A DNA stretch of 64,000 bases from Prolixibacteraceae bacterium (lineage in GTDB: Bacteria > Bacteroidota > Bacteroidia > Bacteroidales > Prolixibacteraceae), in assembly GCA_963678235.1 (NCBI GenBank), contig OY782766.1:4489617-4553616 (forward strand), written 5' to 3'. This document shows, piece by piece, positions 9,138 through 19,079 of this stretch (the first letter of the stretch is position 1; the number at the start of each line of letters is the position of its first letter). The position numbers and the translations under genes were made by a program. Under the pieces are notes generated by a model that was given only the letters and a program-made list of their open reading frames with translations, did no database searches and was not told the origin of the DNA.

Positions 9138-11574
9138 CGCTAAGATTGTTTAAGATGTAACTTGTAAGTTGAAGCATTTGCTTTTCTGAAAGTACTCCCT
9201 TGAACGGGGTCATTCCTTTAGTGATGTTTCCATTGGTGATCTGGTTCAGGATATCCGATGGCGAATTTCCATGGATCCATTCATCATCCACCAGGCTTGG
9301 GAAGGTAGCAAACCCTTTACCGTCGGCACCATGGCATACGGCACAATGCTGGGTAAATAGTTTTGATGCTGCCTCCATATCTTCAGGGCTTGTCGGTAAA
9401 ACAATATCTTCGTTGCTGAGCACTTTAACACTTTCAGGCTCTGAAACCGGAGCAGAAATATCTTTTCCCAGTTTATGCATGTAGGCAATCATTGCCACCA
9501 TTTCTTTTGTTGGTTCTATTTCTATTCCCGAAAGTTTCAAGTCTTTAACAATTTTGTTTGCCTGCACCATATAATCGTCAATTGCACGCTCGTCGTATCC
9601 TTTTTCGTAGGGGACTCCGAGGGTTTGCATTGCCCTGATTTTTCTTGGGATCATATCTAAATCCACATCTTTCTTCGCTAACCAGGCATAGTTTGGCATG
9701 ATTGATTGCTCGTTCATTTTTTGAGGGTCCATAAAATGGTTGTAATGCCACGCTGCATTTTTGTACATGGTTCCGGTAACTACCCCGGCACGTGCCAAAT
9801 CTGGTCCAATACGTCGTGATCCCCATTGGTATGGATGATCGTAAACAAATTCACCAATTTTTGAATATTCTCCATATCGGTCGGTTTCCCATCGGAATGG
9901 GCGGACCATTTGTGAGTGGCAGGTATAACAACCCTCGGAAATGTACACATCACGACCTGCCAATTCAAGAGGGGTATAGGGTTTTACTGCATCGATGGTC
10001 GGAATATTTGATTTGATGGTCAGCATCGGAATAATTTCAACTGCCCCACCAATTGCAAGAGCAATAAACACCCAAATGGAAAACCTCACGGCCCTTCTTT
10101 CCATCCAGCGGTGAATGGTTTCTTTCACCGGGTTCCTTTGCCCAGCCAAAACAAGTGCCGGAGCTTCTGAAGCTTCATTGTTTTCAATAGACCCAATTAC
10201 CATGGTTTTAAACAGGTTGTACACCATTAACAAAAATCCGAGTAGGAAAATGACACCGGAAACTACCCTGACCATATACATCGGTATTAGTTGGGTTAGC
10301 GTTTCCAAAAAGTTCGGATAGGCAAGAAAACCTTCAGGAGTATATTCCCTCCACATGAGCCATTGTGCAATTGCGCCCCAATACAAAGGAATCGCATACA
10401 GCAAAATTGCCAGGGTTGCCAACCAAAAATGAGTGTTTGCCAGTTTCTCGGAAAATAGTTTTGTGCGGAATATTTTAGGTACAATCCAATAAAGCATGCC
10501 GAAAACAATTCCTCCGTTCCAGCCCATGCCTCCAATGTGGGTGTGTGCTACAGTCCAATCGGTAAAGTGTGAAATCTGGTTCACGTTTTTCAACGACATC
10601 ATTGGTCCTTCAAATGTTGACATTCCGTATGCAGTAACTGCAACCACAAAGAATTTGAGCACAGCACTGTCCCTGACTTTGTCCCAAGCGCCACGGAGTG
10701 TTAATAGCCCATTGATCATTCCTCCCCATGAAGGGGCAATCAGCATGACCGAAAAAGTGACCCCAAGTGCCTGTGCCCATTCAGGAAGTGCCTGGTATAA
10801 CAGGTGGTGAGGACCAGCCCACATATATAAGAATATGAGCGACCAGAAGTGTATGATGGACAATTTATAGGAATAAATCGGTCGGTTTGCTGCTTTAGGC
10901 AGGTAATAATACATAAGTCCGAGAAACGGAGTGGTAAGGAAAAAAGCTACGGCATTGTGGCCATACCACCATTGCACAACTGCATCTTGTGCCCCGGCAT
11001 AAATGGAATAACTTTTTGTAAAAGAGACTGGCAGTGCCAGCGAATTTACCACATGCAGGATTGCAATTCCCAAAAAGGTTGCCAGGTACCACCAAATGGC
11101 GGCATAAATGTGCTGAACCCTTCGTTTTATGATGGTTCCAATCATGTTCCAGCCAAAAACTACCCAAACCAGTGTAATTAATATATCTATAGGCCACTCA
11201 AGCTCTGCGTATTCTTTAGAGGTTGTAATCCCAAATACAAAAGTTACCGCAGCCAAAACAATAATTGTTTGCCATCCCCAAAAGTGGATCTTGCTGAGAA
11301 CATCGCTAAACATTCTGGCCTTGAGCAGCTTTTGAAGCGAGTAATATACTCCTGCAAAAATTGCATTTCCAACAAATGCAAATATGATCGCATTTGTATG
11401 TATCGGCCTTACCCTTCCGAAGGTGGTAAATTCGAGCCCGAAATTAAAAATAGGGAATGCCAGTTGAAGGGCAATAACAACCCCGACCAAAACCCCGACA
11501 ACACCCCAAATAATGGTTGCAAGTACAAATAATTTGACAATTTTGTTGTCGTAGAAAAACTTCTGATTTTCCAT
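9124..11574 (-). CDS. ccoN: cbb3-type cytochrome c oxidase, fused subunits I and II (CcoN-CcoO) with an extra C-terminal cytochrome c domain
   Basis: 816 aa. The N-terminal half is a 12-TM heme-copper oxidase. Next comes the CcoO heme site (CYTCHSQMVRP). A third domain at the C-terminus has a second CxxCH (CAVCHGADGKG) and is paralogous to the CcoP heme domain. Confidence 0.9.
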   Translation of the reverse strand: MENQKFFYDNKIVKLFVLATIIWGVVGVLVGVVIALQLAFPIFNFGLEFTTFGRVRPIHTNAIIFAFVGNAIFAGVYYSLQKLLKARMFSDVLSKIHFWGWQTIIVLAAVTFVFGITTSKEYAELEWPIDILITLVWVVFGWNMIGTIIKRRVQHIYAAIWWYLATFLGIAILHVVNSLALPVSFTKSYSIYAGAQDAVVQWWYGHNAVAFFLTTPFLGLMYYYLPKAANRPIYSYKLSIIHFWSLIFLYMWAGPHHLLYQALPEWAQALGVTFSVMLIAPSWGGMINGLLTLRGAWDKVRDSAVLKFFVVAVTAYGMSTFEGPMMSLKNVNQISHFTDWTVAHTHIGGMGWNGGIVFGMLYWIVPKIFRTKLFSEKLANTHFWLATLAILLYAIPLYWGAIAQWLMWREYTPEGFLAYPNFLETLTQLIPMYMVRVVSGVIFLLGFLLMVYNLFKTMVIGSIENNEASEAPALVLAGQRNPVKETIHRWMERRAVRFSIWVFIALAIGGAVEIIPMLTIKSNIPTIDAVKPYTPLELAGRDVYISEGCYTCHSQMVRPFRWETDRYGEYSKIGEFVYDHPYQWGSRRIGPDLARAGVVTGTMYKNAAWHYNHFMDPQKMNEQSIMPNYAWLAKKDVDLDMIPRKIRAMQTLGVPYEKGYDERAIDDYMVQANKIVKDLKLSGIEIEPTKEMVAMIAYMHKLGKDISAPVSEPESVKVLSNEDIVLPTSPEDMEAASKLFTQHCAVCHGADGKGFATFPSLVDDEWIHGNSPSDILNQITNGNITKGMTPFKGVLSEKQMLQLTSYILNNLSDENN

Positions 11575-11586
11575 AGATGCAGTTAT

Positions 11587-11769
11587 TTAGTTTTTTATTT
11601 CTTCCTGTATATTTTCAGTTTTATCTGTTTTTTCATCGTCAAAGAGGATTCTTATTGAAGGGGTTTCGTTATCATCGAACTGCCCGGACTTTACTGCCCA
11701 GATAAATGCTGCAAGAAACACCAATGCAGCAAGCAAGCTAACCCCAATTAACAGATAAAATATATTCAT
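11587..11769 (-). CDS. ccoS: CcoS/FixS cbb3 oxidase maturation protein
   Basis: 60-aa single-TM protein (MNIFYLLIGVSLLAALVFLAAFIWAVKSGQFDD), the canonical CcoS signature. It sits directly upstream of ccoNO. Confidence 0.65.
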   Translation of the reverse strand: MNIFYLLIGVSLLAALVFLAAFIWAVKSGQFDDNETPSIRILFDDEKTDKTENIQEEIKN

Positions 11770-11773
11770 CGTT

Positions 11774-12658
11774 TTAGCTCTCGCGACTTTGTAATTTTAT
11801 TTTTACGATCAGGTAAATGACGTATAGAATTACCATCCATGCGCCCAAAGCAGCCGATAGATAGGAGACTAATAACCATGGTTGAAGGCGGTCGTTGGTT
11901 CCCCAAAGTACGGTTTCCTTAAATAAATTTTCGGTTTCGCCGGGAGTGGCTACCCTGGCATCAGCCAGTACCACATTATCTACTTTATAAGTTTCGTCCA
12001 GCGAAATCACCAGATCAATTTTACCATCGACATCACCAGTCACGGTTTCAGGGACCGAATAAACTGCCCTTCCATTTTGATCGGTAATTGCTTCCCCGAT
12101 TTTTATGCTTCCAAAGGTCTTTTTTGCATTGATCAAAATGGGCGTATTCACCAGTTTATCATAAACCCCTTTGGACTTTTCATACTCCGCAAATATTTCA
12201 ACTTTCTTTTCATTTTCGTTTACAGAGCATAACAATTTGGCGTTTATTTTAGGCGCATCAACCAATAAAGGTTCGTTTGAAGAATTAAAATTCATGATGT
12301 AATTGATTACCCTCCAACGGTCGTCTTCCGAAAGCTGCGTTTCAAATTGAGGCATTGTTCCCCTTCCATGGGTGATTTTGTAATACAAAGATCCCTCGGT
12401 GTTCGCCTGCATTTTTTCAGATGTAACATCAGGTGGGCTTGGAACCAGGGGCAGGGCATTGTTTTTTCCTGCATCGCCATGGCACGATTTGCAGTTTTTA
12501 AGGTAGATGTCTTTTCCCCTGTTTACATTTTGTAAATTATATTCTGAGGGATTGGTTATGTTTGACTGGTCGTCGGGAACAATCCATTCCTGAGCACTTA
12601 CACTTTGAAAACTAAGTGTGAAAAGAATCATTAATAGGTAGTATCCTGCATTTTTCAT
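11774..12658 (-). CDS. Membrane-anchored monoheme c-type cytochrome
   Basis: Signal peptide, a single CxxCH (CKSCHGDAG) in a class-I-like domain, a middle beta-rich domain, and a C-terminal TM helix. It is 4 nt upstream of ccoS and 6 nt downstream of the NrfD-like gene. Confidence 0.75.
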   Translation of the reverse strand: MKNAGYYLLMILFTLSFQSVSAQEWIVPDDQSNITNPSEYNLQNVNRGKDIYLKNCKSCHGDAGKNNALPLVPSPPDVTSEKMQANTEGSLYYKITHGRGTMPQFETQLSEDDRWRVINYIMNFNSSNEPLLVDAPKINAKLLCSVNENEKKVEIFAEYEKSKGVYDKLVNTPILINAKKTFGSIKIGEAITDQNGRAVYSVPETVTGDVDGKIDLVISLDETYKVDNVVLADARVATPGETENLFKETVLWGTNDRLQPWLLVSYLSAALGAWMVILYVIYLIVKIKLQSRES

Positions 12659-12664
12659 AGGTGC

Positions 12665-14026
12665 TTAGTTTTTAGGTTGTTCTAATAAATACTTTTTATC
12701 GATCCCTTCTTCTTCTGCCAGTTCCCAGATGGTTGCAACCGGAAACATTTTTGCCAAAACAGAAATGATCAGCAAGGCAGCCACAAACGAAAACATGGTG
12801 ATGGTTATTTCAATGCTGGTTGGTGCATACTTATGAAAATGTTCAGGAACGTTTTGAACCGGTAAAAACGGATGTTCCAGGGTTGGCACAACAATCAGAT
12901 AGCGCTTAAACCACGCTGCAACTAATACAAAAAATGATATAATGGACAGGGCTAAAGGTTTTCGGAAAAAGCGGAAAAGGATAAGGACTATTGGCAATAC
13001 CAGACCTCCCGCCTGCACAACCCAAAACATGGTTGAAAATCCACCTTTAAATAATTCAATTAAATGATTTCCCTCGGCGGTTTTCATTTTATACCCGGGA
13101 ACCAAAAATTCGTTGATGTTAAAATATAAATAAACCAGACACACAAATACCAGAAGTTTTCCCATCTGATCGAAATGATAATCGGTAAAATAATCCTTCA
13201 GATTGTACCTGAGCCTGTACACATACATTAAAATTATTACTGCTGCAGCGCCTGCGACAAACGCACCTGCCACGAAATAGGGCCCCATAATGGTGGTATC
13301 CCACCCGGAACGTAAGGTAGCTGCAAAAAGCCATGAAGTTACTGTGTGTATTGATAGTCCAACCGGGATAATTAATAACATTAATACCCGCATGGCATGG
13401 TAAAGGGTTTTAAATTGTTGGGCATTGCCTTTCCACCCAAGTGCAAGTGTTTTGTAAATTTTCCTTTTCCATCCCGGAATATTAAGGTCGTCGCGGTCAC
13501 GCAGCATTGCCAAGTCTGGAATTAATGGTATATAAAACAATAACACAGAAATGGTAAGGTAGGTCGTTACAACCGACACATCCCAGATAATAGGGGAGGC
13601 AAACCTTCCGTGCAGGAATACATTTAAGAACCTGTCGGGGCGCCCCATGTCCATAACAATGATTACTCCCGCCAATGCGACAGCGGCAATGGCAATCTGT
13701 TCTGCAACCCTTGAAACAGCTTTTCCCCAATTAATCTTAAGAAGATGCAGGGCAGAACTAATCAAAAAGCCAATTAGGCTGACTGCTACAAAAAACACAA
13801 AATTGGCAATGTACATTCCCCAGGAAATATAATCGCGCATTCCGGTAACGCCCAACCCTTTGTCAATTTGGATGATCCATCCCCACAATCCAACTCCGCT
13901 GAACATAATCAAAAGGAAGAACCAGAACCTACTTAATTCGTCTTTTTTAATGATCGATCTGGTCAAATCAAAAATCATTTTATCCAATAACTTTCTCGAT
14001 TCTTGTGGTGTTTTTATTTTGTCCAT
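12665..14026 (-). CDS. NrfD/PsrC-family polytopic membrane quinol-interacting subunit
   Basis: 453-aa hydrophobic protein with the multi-TM architecture of the NrfD family. It is paired with an upstream Tat-targeted Fe-S subunit. Confidence 0.75.
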   Translation of the reverse strand: MDKIKTPQESRKLLDKMIFDLTRSIIKKDELSRFWFFLLIMFSGVGLWGWIIQIDKGLGVTGMRDYISWGMYIANFVFFVAVSLIGFLISSALHLLKINWGKAVSRVAEQIAIAAVALAGVIIVMDMGRPDRFLNVFLHGRFASPIIWDVSVVTTYLTISVLLFYIPLIPDLAMLRDRDDLNIPGWKRKIYKTLALGWKGNAQQFKTLYHAMRVLMLLIIPVGLSIHTVTSWLFAATLRSGWDTTIMGPYFVAGAFVAGAAAVIILMYVYRLRYNLKDYFTDYHFDQMGKLLVFVCLVYLYFNINEFLVPGYKMKTAEGNHLIELFKGGFSTMFWVVQAGGLVLPIVLILFRFFRKPLALSIISFFVLVAAWFKRYLIVVPTLEHPFLPVQNVPEHFHKYAPTSIEITITMFSFVAALLIISVLAKMFPVATIWELAEEEGIDKKYLLEQPKN

Positions 14027-14043
14027 TTTAATTGATGCGTTGG

Positions 14044-14967
14044 TTAAGAATGATGTTCATTAACTTCTCCTTGAAATGGGAATGCCCTGTCTTTTGGAGG
14101 CAAGTAATATACCCTTGGTTTTGTTCCGAGTTCTTCCATTGAGGTGTATCCGGCATTTGATTCCAGTAACTTGCTAAACGATACTGTTTCTTTGGTAGTT
14201 CCATTGGTTACGGCATCTTCATTGCGGTCGCCAAACCAATATACGCCATTTGGGCATGCTGAAACGCAGGATGGTAATTTGCCGTCCCTTAGCCTGTCGG
14301 CACTAAACAGGCACTTTGAAATGGTTCCCTTTTTTTGTGGGACGTTGGCTTCGATATTATACGTTACGCCCTCGTATTTTTCGGCATCACGCGGCTCAAA
14401 CCAATTGAAAACCCTTGCTGAATAAGGACAGGCGGCAATACAGAACCTGCAGCCAATACACCTTTCATTGTCGATAAGGACAATGCCGTCTTCACGTTTA
14501 AAGGTGGCATTTACCGGGCAAACTTTTGTACATGGCGGATTGTCGCAATGCATACAAGGTTTTGGCATGTAATAGGGGGCTGTGTGCTCAGCATCCTGCA
14601 TTTGTAGAACATTAATATGGTGCTGCTCGGGCCTTAATTGATGGTGGTTTTGGCAAGCTTTCATACATTCACGGGCATTTCGGCATTTCGAAAGGTCGAT
14701 GACCATCACCCAGCTTTTCCCTGAAATACCTTTTCTCCCTCTTTTTTGGTTTTCCGACAAAGAAGGTATTTCCATTGGTTTTAACTGAGACTTGTCAACC
14801 TCAACAAGTTCTCCGCTTGATGTGAGAAGCTTGATCTTGTCACCGCTTGTTTGTTCAACCCTATTGCAGGACGATAAAACACTTGAACCGGCAGTAACAC
14901 CAACAACGCCAAGTGTTACACCAAGTTTTTTCATAAAATCCCTTCGTGAATTTTTATTCTCTTCCAT
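14044..14967 (-). CDS. Tat-exported 4Fe-4S ferredoxin-type subunit (NrfC/DmsB/HybA-like)
   Basis: Twin-arginine signal (SRRDFMKKLGVTLGVVG). Four Cys clusters: CRNARECMKAC, CMHCDNPPCTKVCP, CIGCRFCIAACP and CVSACP. Confidence 0.8.
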   Translation of the reverse strand: MEENKNSRRDFMKKLGVTLGVVGVTAGSSVLSSCNRVEQTSGDKIKLLTSSGELVEVDKSQLKPMEIPSLSENQKRGRKGISGKSWVMVIDLSKCRNARECMKACQNHHQLRPEQHHINVLQMQDAEHTAPYYMPKPCMHCDNPPCTKVCPVNATFKREDGIVLIDNERCIGCRFCIAACPYSARVFNWFEPRDAEKYEGVTYNIEANVPQKKGTISKCLFSADRLRDGKLPSCVSACPNGVYWFGDRNEDAVTNGTTKETVSFSKLLESNAGYTSMEELGTKPRVYYLPPKDRAFPFQGEVNEHHS

Positions 14968-15705
14968 AGGTTTAATATTTTGAAGAACTTATCAAAGTGT
15001 AGCTAATTAATTTCATCTCGTTTTCAACGAATTTAAAAGAATATAAGCGAAAGAACAAATTGCTAAAAACGAAGAAAAATAAAAGACAAAGAGAGGTTTT
15101 ATTCCTAATAATGAGAAGGTTATGGGTAGTACTTTATATTTTTTCAACTTTTTTATGCGGCTCAAATTATTGATAAACAAGGTACCTGAACGGATTGGAA
15201 AGAGGATGCGAATAAAAAAATGGATACCAAATGAACTTTTCAGGGAAAACAATGTTTAATCCAGTTTGCTAAAAATTATACAGTCAGGTATTATTTTAAT
15301 GTATTGCGCTTGAAAAAAATGCTGTAAAACATAATACAAAATTAAGATTGCCGGTATGCATTGCTAGAATATAATCGGATTATTAAGATTGACTGTTTAA
15401 TTTTTTGTAGTGTGTTCTTCAACAATAAGCTTCTTTGTCTCAAATAGTTTTACTAATTTAATAGGAGTTCAATAATTCTCAATAAAAATATAACTATTGG
15501 AAAAAGTTCCTTTACGTTAATTTGTCTCTTTTTTTATAAGTGTTTCAAATACAGCTGTTTATTGTGGGCTGTGAGGTTAGGGCGTTCCATGAAATAATAA
15601 AATTGACCCAAAATGCTCATTTTCACTAAACATTCAGAACACTTTTGGGTTAAATTGATGAAATGAAAAAAAAGTGGTTCAAGCCACTGAAAACTTTATA
15701 TCGAT

Positions 15706-16509
15706 ATGAATTCAATTTTCAGGGTAAAACAAAACGTAATTCTTTTATTATGCCTATTTGTTATCTCCTCCGTACAGTCGTATTCGCAAACTCCATCCTC
15801 GCCAACCGACGATGTTGAAATTGGTGTTGTTGAGCATCTCGACGAATATCTTCCCAATGATATTTCGTTGGTGAACGAAGCTGGAGAGAAAGTAAACTTG
15901 ACCGATATTATTGACAAACCCACGGTTATTAATTTTGTTTATTACCGATGCCCCGGAATTTGTAGTCCATTGATGGAAGCAATTGCTTCAGTAATGGACC
16001 GTTCGGATTTGGTTCCGGGAGAAGATTACCAGGTTCTTACCATTAGCTTCGACCCGACAGAGACCATTGACCTTGGTATCCGTAAGAAAAAGAATTATCT
16101 AAACCTGATGCAAAACAGCGAGCAGGCAGCAAAAGGATGGCATTTTTTTGTGAGTGATAGTGCAAGTATTGCACGTGCAACCAATGCAACAGGTTTTAAA
16201 TACAAAAAAACTGGCGTTGATTATTTGCATGCTGCATCGGTTACAGTTGTGAGCCCCGATGGAAAAATAACCAGGTACCTAAATGGAATGTTCTTTCTTC
16301 CTTTTGAGTGGAAGATGGCAATAATTGAAGCATCGGAAGGCAAATCCGGTCCAACATTAAATAAAATATTACGTTTTTGTTATTCGTATGATCCTGTGGG
16401 ACAAACATATGTGATGAATATTACCAAGGTGAGCGGAATAGTGATCATGTTTTTCGCCTTCCTGTTTTTATTGGTAATCGTGTTCAAACCTAAAAGAAAA
16501 AAAGCATAA
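15706..16509 (+). CDS. SCO1/SenC-family copper chaperone
   Basis: Thioredoxin-like fold with a CxxxC motif (YYRCPGICSP) and a conserved downstream His region. It is the first gene of the caa3 operon. Confidence 0.8.
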   Translation: MNSIFRVKQNVILLLCLFVISSVQSYSQTPSSPTDDVEIGVVEHLDEYLPNDISLVNEAGEKVNLTDIIDKPTVINFVYYRCPGICSPLMEAIASVMDRSDLVPGEDYQVLTISFDPTETIDLGIRKKKNYLNLMQNSEQAAKGWHFFVSDSASIARATNATGFKYKKTGVDYLHAASVTVVSPDGKITRYLNGMFFLPFEWKMAIIEASEGKSGPTLNKILRFCYSYDPVGQTYVMNITKVSGIVIMFFAFLFLLVIVFKPKRKKA

Positions 16510-16525
16510 ACTTAAATACCTACTA

Positions 16526-18136
16526 ATGCAAGAATCAAACACCTCTCACGAAGTGAGTTACCTTGAATATAAAGGAAAGTACACCGGGTTCCTTGGGTGG
16601 ATATTCTCGACCGACCATAAAAGAATTGGTTTGCTGTACCTGTATTCTATTGCCACCATGTTTGTTGTGGGGGTTTTGCTGGGATTGTCGATGAAGCTGG
16701 AATTATTGGCTCCCGGGAAAACCATCATGGATGCCCAGACTTACAATTCGGTTTTCACGGTTCATGGGGTTATCATGATCTTTATGATTGTTGTTCCGGG
16801 TTTGCCTGCGGTTTTTGGTAATTTCTTATTGCCAATAATGATTGGGGCCAAAGATGTGGCATTTCCTAAACTAAATTTATTATCCTGGTATTTTTATATC
16901 GCGGGTGTTTTCCTGGTTTTGGCTTCCCTGCTTTTTGGCGATGGTGTGCCTGATACTGGTTGGACTTTTTACGCACCTTACAGTTTCAAATCAGGCACTA
17001 ATTTATTACCGGCAATTTTCGGTGCATTTATCCTAGGATTTTCGTCCATATTAACTGGCTTGAACTTTTTGGTAACCATCCACAGGTTGCGTGCCCCGGG
17101 AATGAAGTGGCTCAAACTTCCACTTTTTATTTGGACGGTTTATGGCACTGCCTGGATCCAATTATTGGCTACTCCCGTTATTGGGATTACCTTGGTGCTA
17201 GTTTCCCTGGAAAGGGTGTTTGGGATAGGTGTTTTCGATCCGGCATTGGGTGGCGACCCGGTGTTGTACCAGCATTTATTCTGGATTTATTCGCACCCGG
17301 CTGTATATATTATGATTCTTCCGGCAATGGGGGCAATTTCCGAAATCATACCAACTTTTACACAAAAAGCAATATTTGGATATAAAGCGCTTATTATCTC
17401 AACGATGGCAATTGCCTTTGTGGGTTATTTGGTTTGGGGACACCACATGTTTACTGCCGGAATGAGCGGAACTGCACAATACTATTTTTCATTGATCACA
17501 TTCTTTGTTGCCATACCAAGTGCCATAAAGGTTTTCAACTGGATAACAACCATGTATAAAGGATCAATAACATTAGATACACCATTTTACTGGGCAGCTT
17601 CCTTCATTTTTGTATTTATGATTGGTGGCCTTTCAGGATTGGTATTGGGAGCATTGGCTGCAAACATTTATGTGCATGATACCGCTTTTGTGGTTGCGCA
17701 TTTCCACTTTATTGTGTTCGGTGGGGTTGGCTTTGCCTTTTTTGCTGGTTTGCATTACTGGTTTCCAAAAATATTTGGAAAAATGTATGACAAGAAATGG
17801 GCAAATACAGGTTGGTTCATATTCTTCATTGGCTTTTTAACCCTTTATACCCCCATGTTCTATTTAGGAATGAAAGGAATGCCAAGGCGCTACTACGATT
17901 ATCTGAATGAATTTCACGGACCAAATATATTAAGCACAGTTGGCTCCTGGTTACTTGCTACAGGTTTGATTATCATTATCGCAAACCTGGTTAAATCGGC
18001 TAAAAACGGACCGAAAGCAGAAAAGAACCCCTGGAATGCAAAAACACTGGAATGGACAGTTTCGTCGCCTCCAAGCCTCGAAAATTTCGATGAGATCCCG
18101 GTGATTCCAGAAGACAAAGAGACATACGATTTTTGA
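16526..18136 (+). CDS. ctaD: Cytochrome c oxidase subunit I (caa3/aa3 type)
   Basis: 536 aa with 12 TM helices and heme-copper His ligands, including WIYSHPAVYIMILP. Confidence 0.9.
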   Translation: MQESNTSHEVSYLEYKGKYTGFLGWIFSTDHKRIGLLYLYSIATMFVVGVLLGLSMKLELLAPGKTIMDAQTYNSVFTVHGVIMIFMIVVPGLPAVFGNFLLPIMIGAKDVAFPKLNLLSWYFYIAGVFLVLASLLFGDGVPDTGWTFYAPYSFKSGTNLLPAIFGAFILGFSSILTGLNFLVTIHRLRAPGMKWLKLPLFIWTVYGTAWIQLLATPVIGITLVLVSLERVFGIGVFDPALGGDPVLYQHLFWIYSHPAVYIMILPAMGAISEIIPTFTQKAIFGYKALIISTMAIAFVGYLVWGHHMFTAGMSGTAQYYFSLITFFVAIPSAIKVFNWITTMYKGSITLDTPFYWAASFIFVFMIGGLSGLVLGALAANIYVHDTAFVVAHFHFIVFGGVGFAFFAGLHYWFPKIFGKMYDKKWANTGWFIFFIGFLTLYTPMFYLGMKGMPRRYYDYLNEFHGPNILSTVGSWLLATGLIIIIANLVKSAKNGPKAEKNPWNAKTLEWTVSSPPSLENFDEIPVIPEDKETYDF

Positions 18137-18153
18137 TAAAATAAGACCTGACT

Positions 18154-18774
18154 ATGGAAGAAACTTTACACACGGCACATGACCATTACGATCCGGAAGG
18201 ATCGAAAATTGGGATGTGGTTGTTTATTTTTACGGAGCTCCTTTTGTTTGGAGGTTTATTCATTATTTATTCTGTCTATAGATACCTGAACCCGGATGCA
18301 TTCCATTTGGCTGCGGAAGAACTAAATACCACTATTGGGGCAGTAAATACTATAATTTTGCTTGTAAGCAGTATGACCATAGCTATGGCTACCTCAGCTA
18401 TCCAAAAACAAGATTATAAATTAACCCAAATACTTATGGGGATCACGGTCTTTCTGGCTTTGGTTTTTTTAGTAAATAAGTATTTTGAATGGAGCGTGAA
18501 ATTAGAACATGGTATCTTCCCGGGTTCTGAACACATGCTTGAGAGTTTTAGTCAGGGAGAAATCCTATTTTTTGGGCTTTATTTTGTGATGACCGGATTA
18601 CATGCCTTGCATATTATTATCGGAATGGTTTTTATTATTTGGGTAATGGTTTATGTTAAAAAAGGGAAAGTCCACCATAATCGGTTTGCCCTGCTTGAAA
18701 ACAGTGGCCTTTATTGGCATCTTGTTGATGCAATTTGGATATTCCTGTTCCCCTTATTTTATCTAATTACTTAA
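18154..18774 (+). CDS. ctaE: Cytochrome c oxidase subunit III
   Basis: 206-aa multi-TM protein, contiguous with subunit I. Confidence 0.75.
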   Translation: MEETLHTAHDHYDPEGSKIGMWLFIFTELLLFGGLFIIYSVYRYLNPDAFHLAAEELNTTIGAVNTIILLVSSMTIAMATSAIQKQDYKLTQILMGITVFLALVFLVNKYFEWSVKLEHGIFPGSEHMLESFSQGEILFFGLYFVMTGLHALHIIIGMVFIIWVMVYVKKGKVHHNRFALLENSGLYWHLVDAIWIFLFPLFYLIT

Positions 18775-19070
18775 TGCCAAGAATCATGACAGAAGAAAAG
18801 CACCATATAGTTCCTTACAAAACATTTGTAAAAGTATTGCTTGCATTAGTGGTACTAACAATTGCATCTATCGGAATTACCAGTATTGAGCTCGGAGAAT
18901 GGTCGGTTGCAGGGGCTTTGTTGTTTGCAGTTGTAAAAACGTACCTGGTTTTGACTGTTTTTATGCACCTCAAATTTGACAAACCATATATCCGGATTAT
19001 GGTTGGGTTTGTGTTTTCCATATTCGTTGTGGTTATTATTATTACTTTTTTAGATTACTATTATAGATAG
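18774..19070 (+). CDS. Cytochrome c oxidase subunit IV-family small membrane protein
   Basis: About 98 aa with 3 TM segments after subunit III. The likely start is ATG MPRIMTEEKHH at 18774, overlapping the coxC stop as TAATG. The ORF-track start at 18735 is probably spurious. Confidence 0.5.
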   Translation: MPRIMTEEKHHIVPYKTFVKVLLALVVLTIASIGITSIELGEWSVAGALLFAVVKTYLVLTVFMHLKFDKPYIRIMVGFVFSIFVVVIIITFLDYYYR

Positions 19071-19079
19071 GGTTTACTT

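Noticed and set aside
15013-15252. 79-aa ORF in the 740-bp divergent intergenic region between the cco and cox operons
   Set aside because: Low-complexity AT-rich translation in a promoter region, with no ribosome-binding context.
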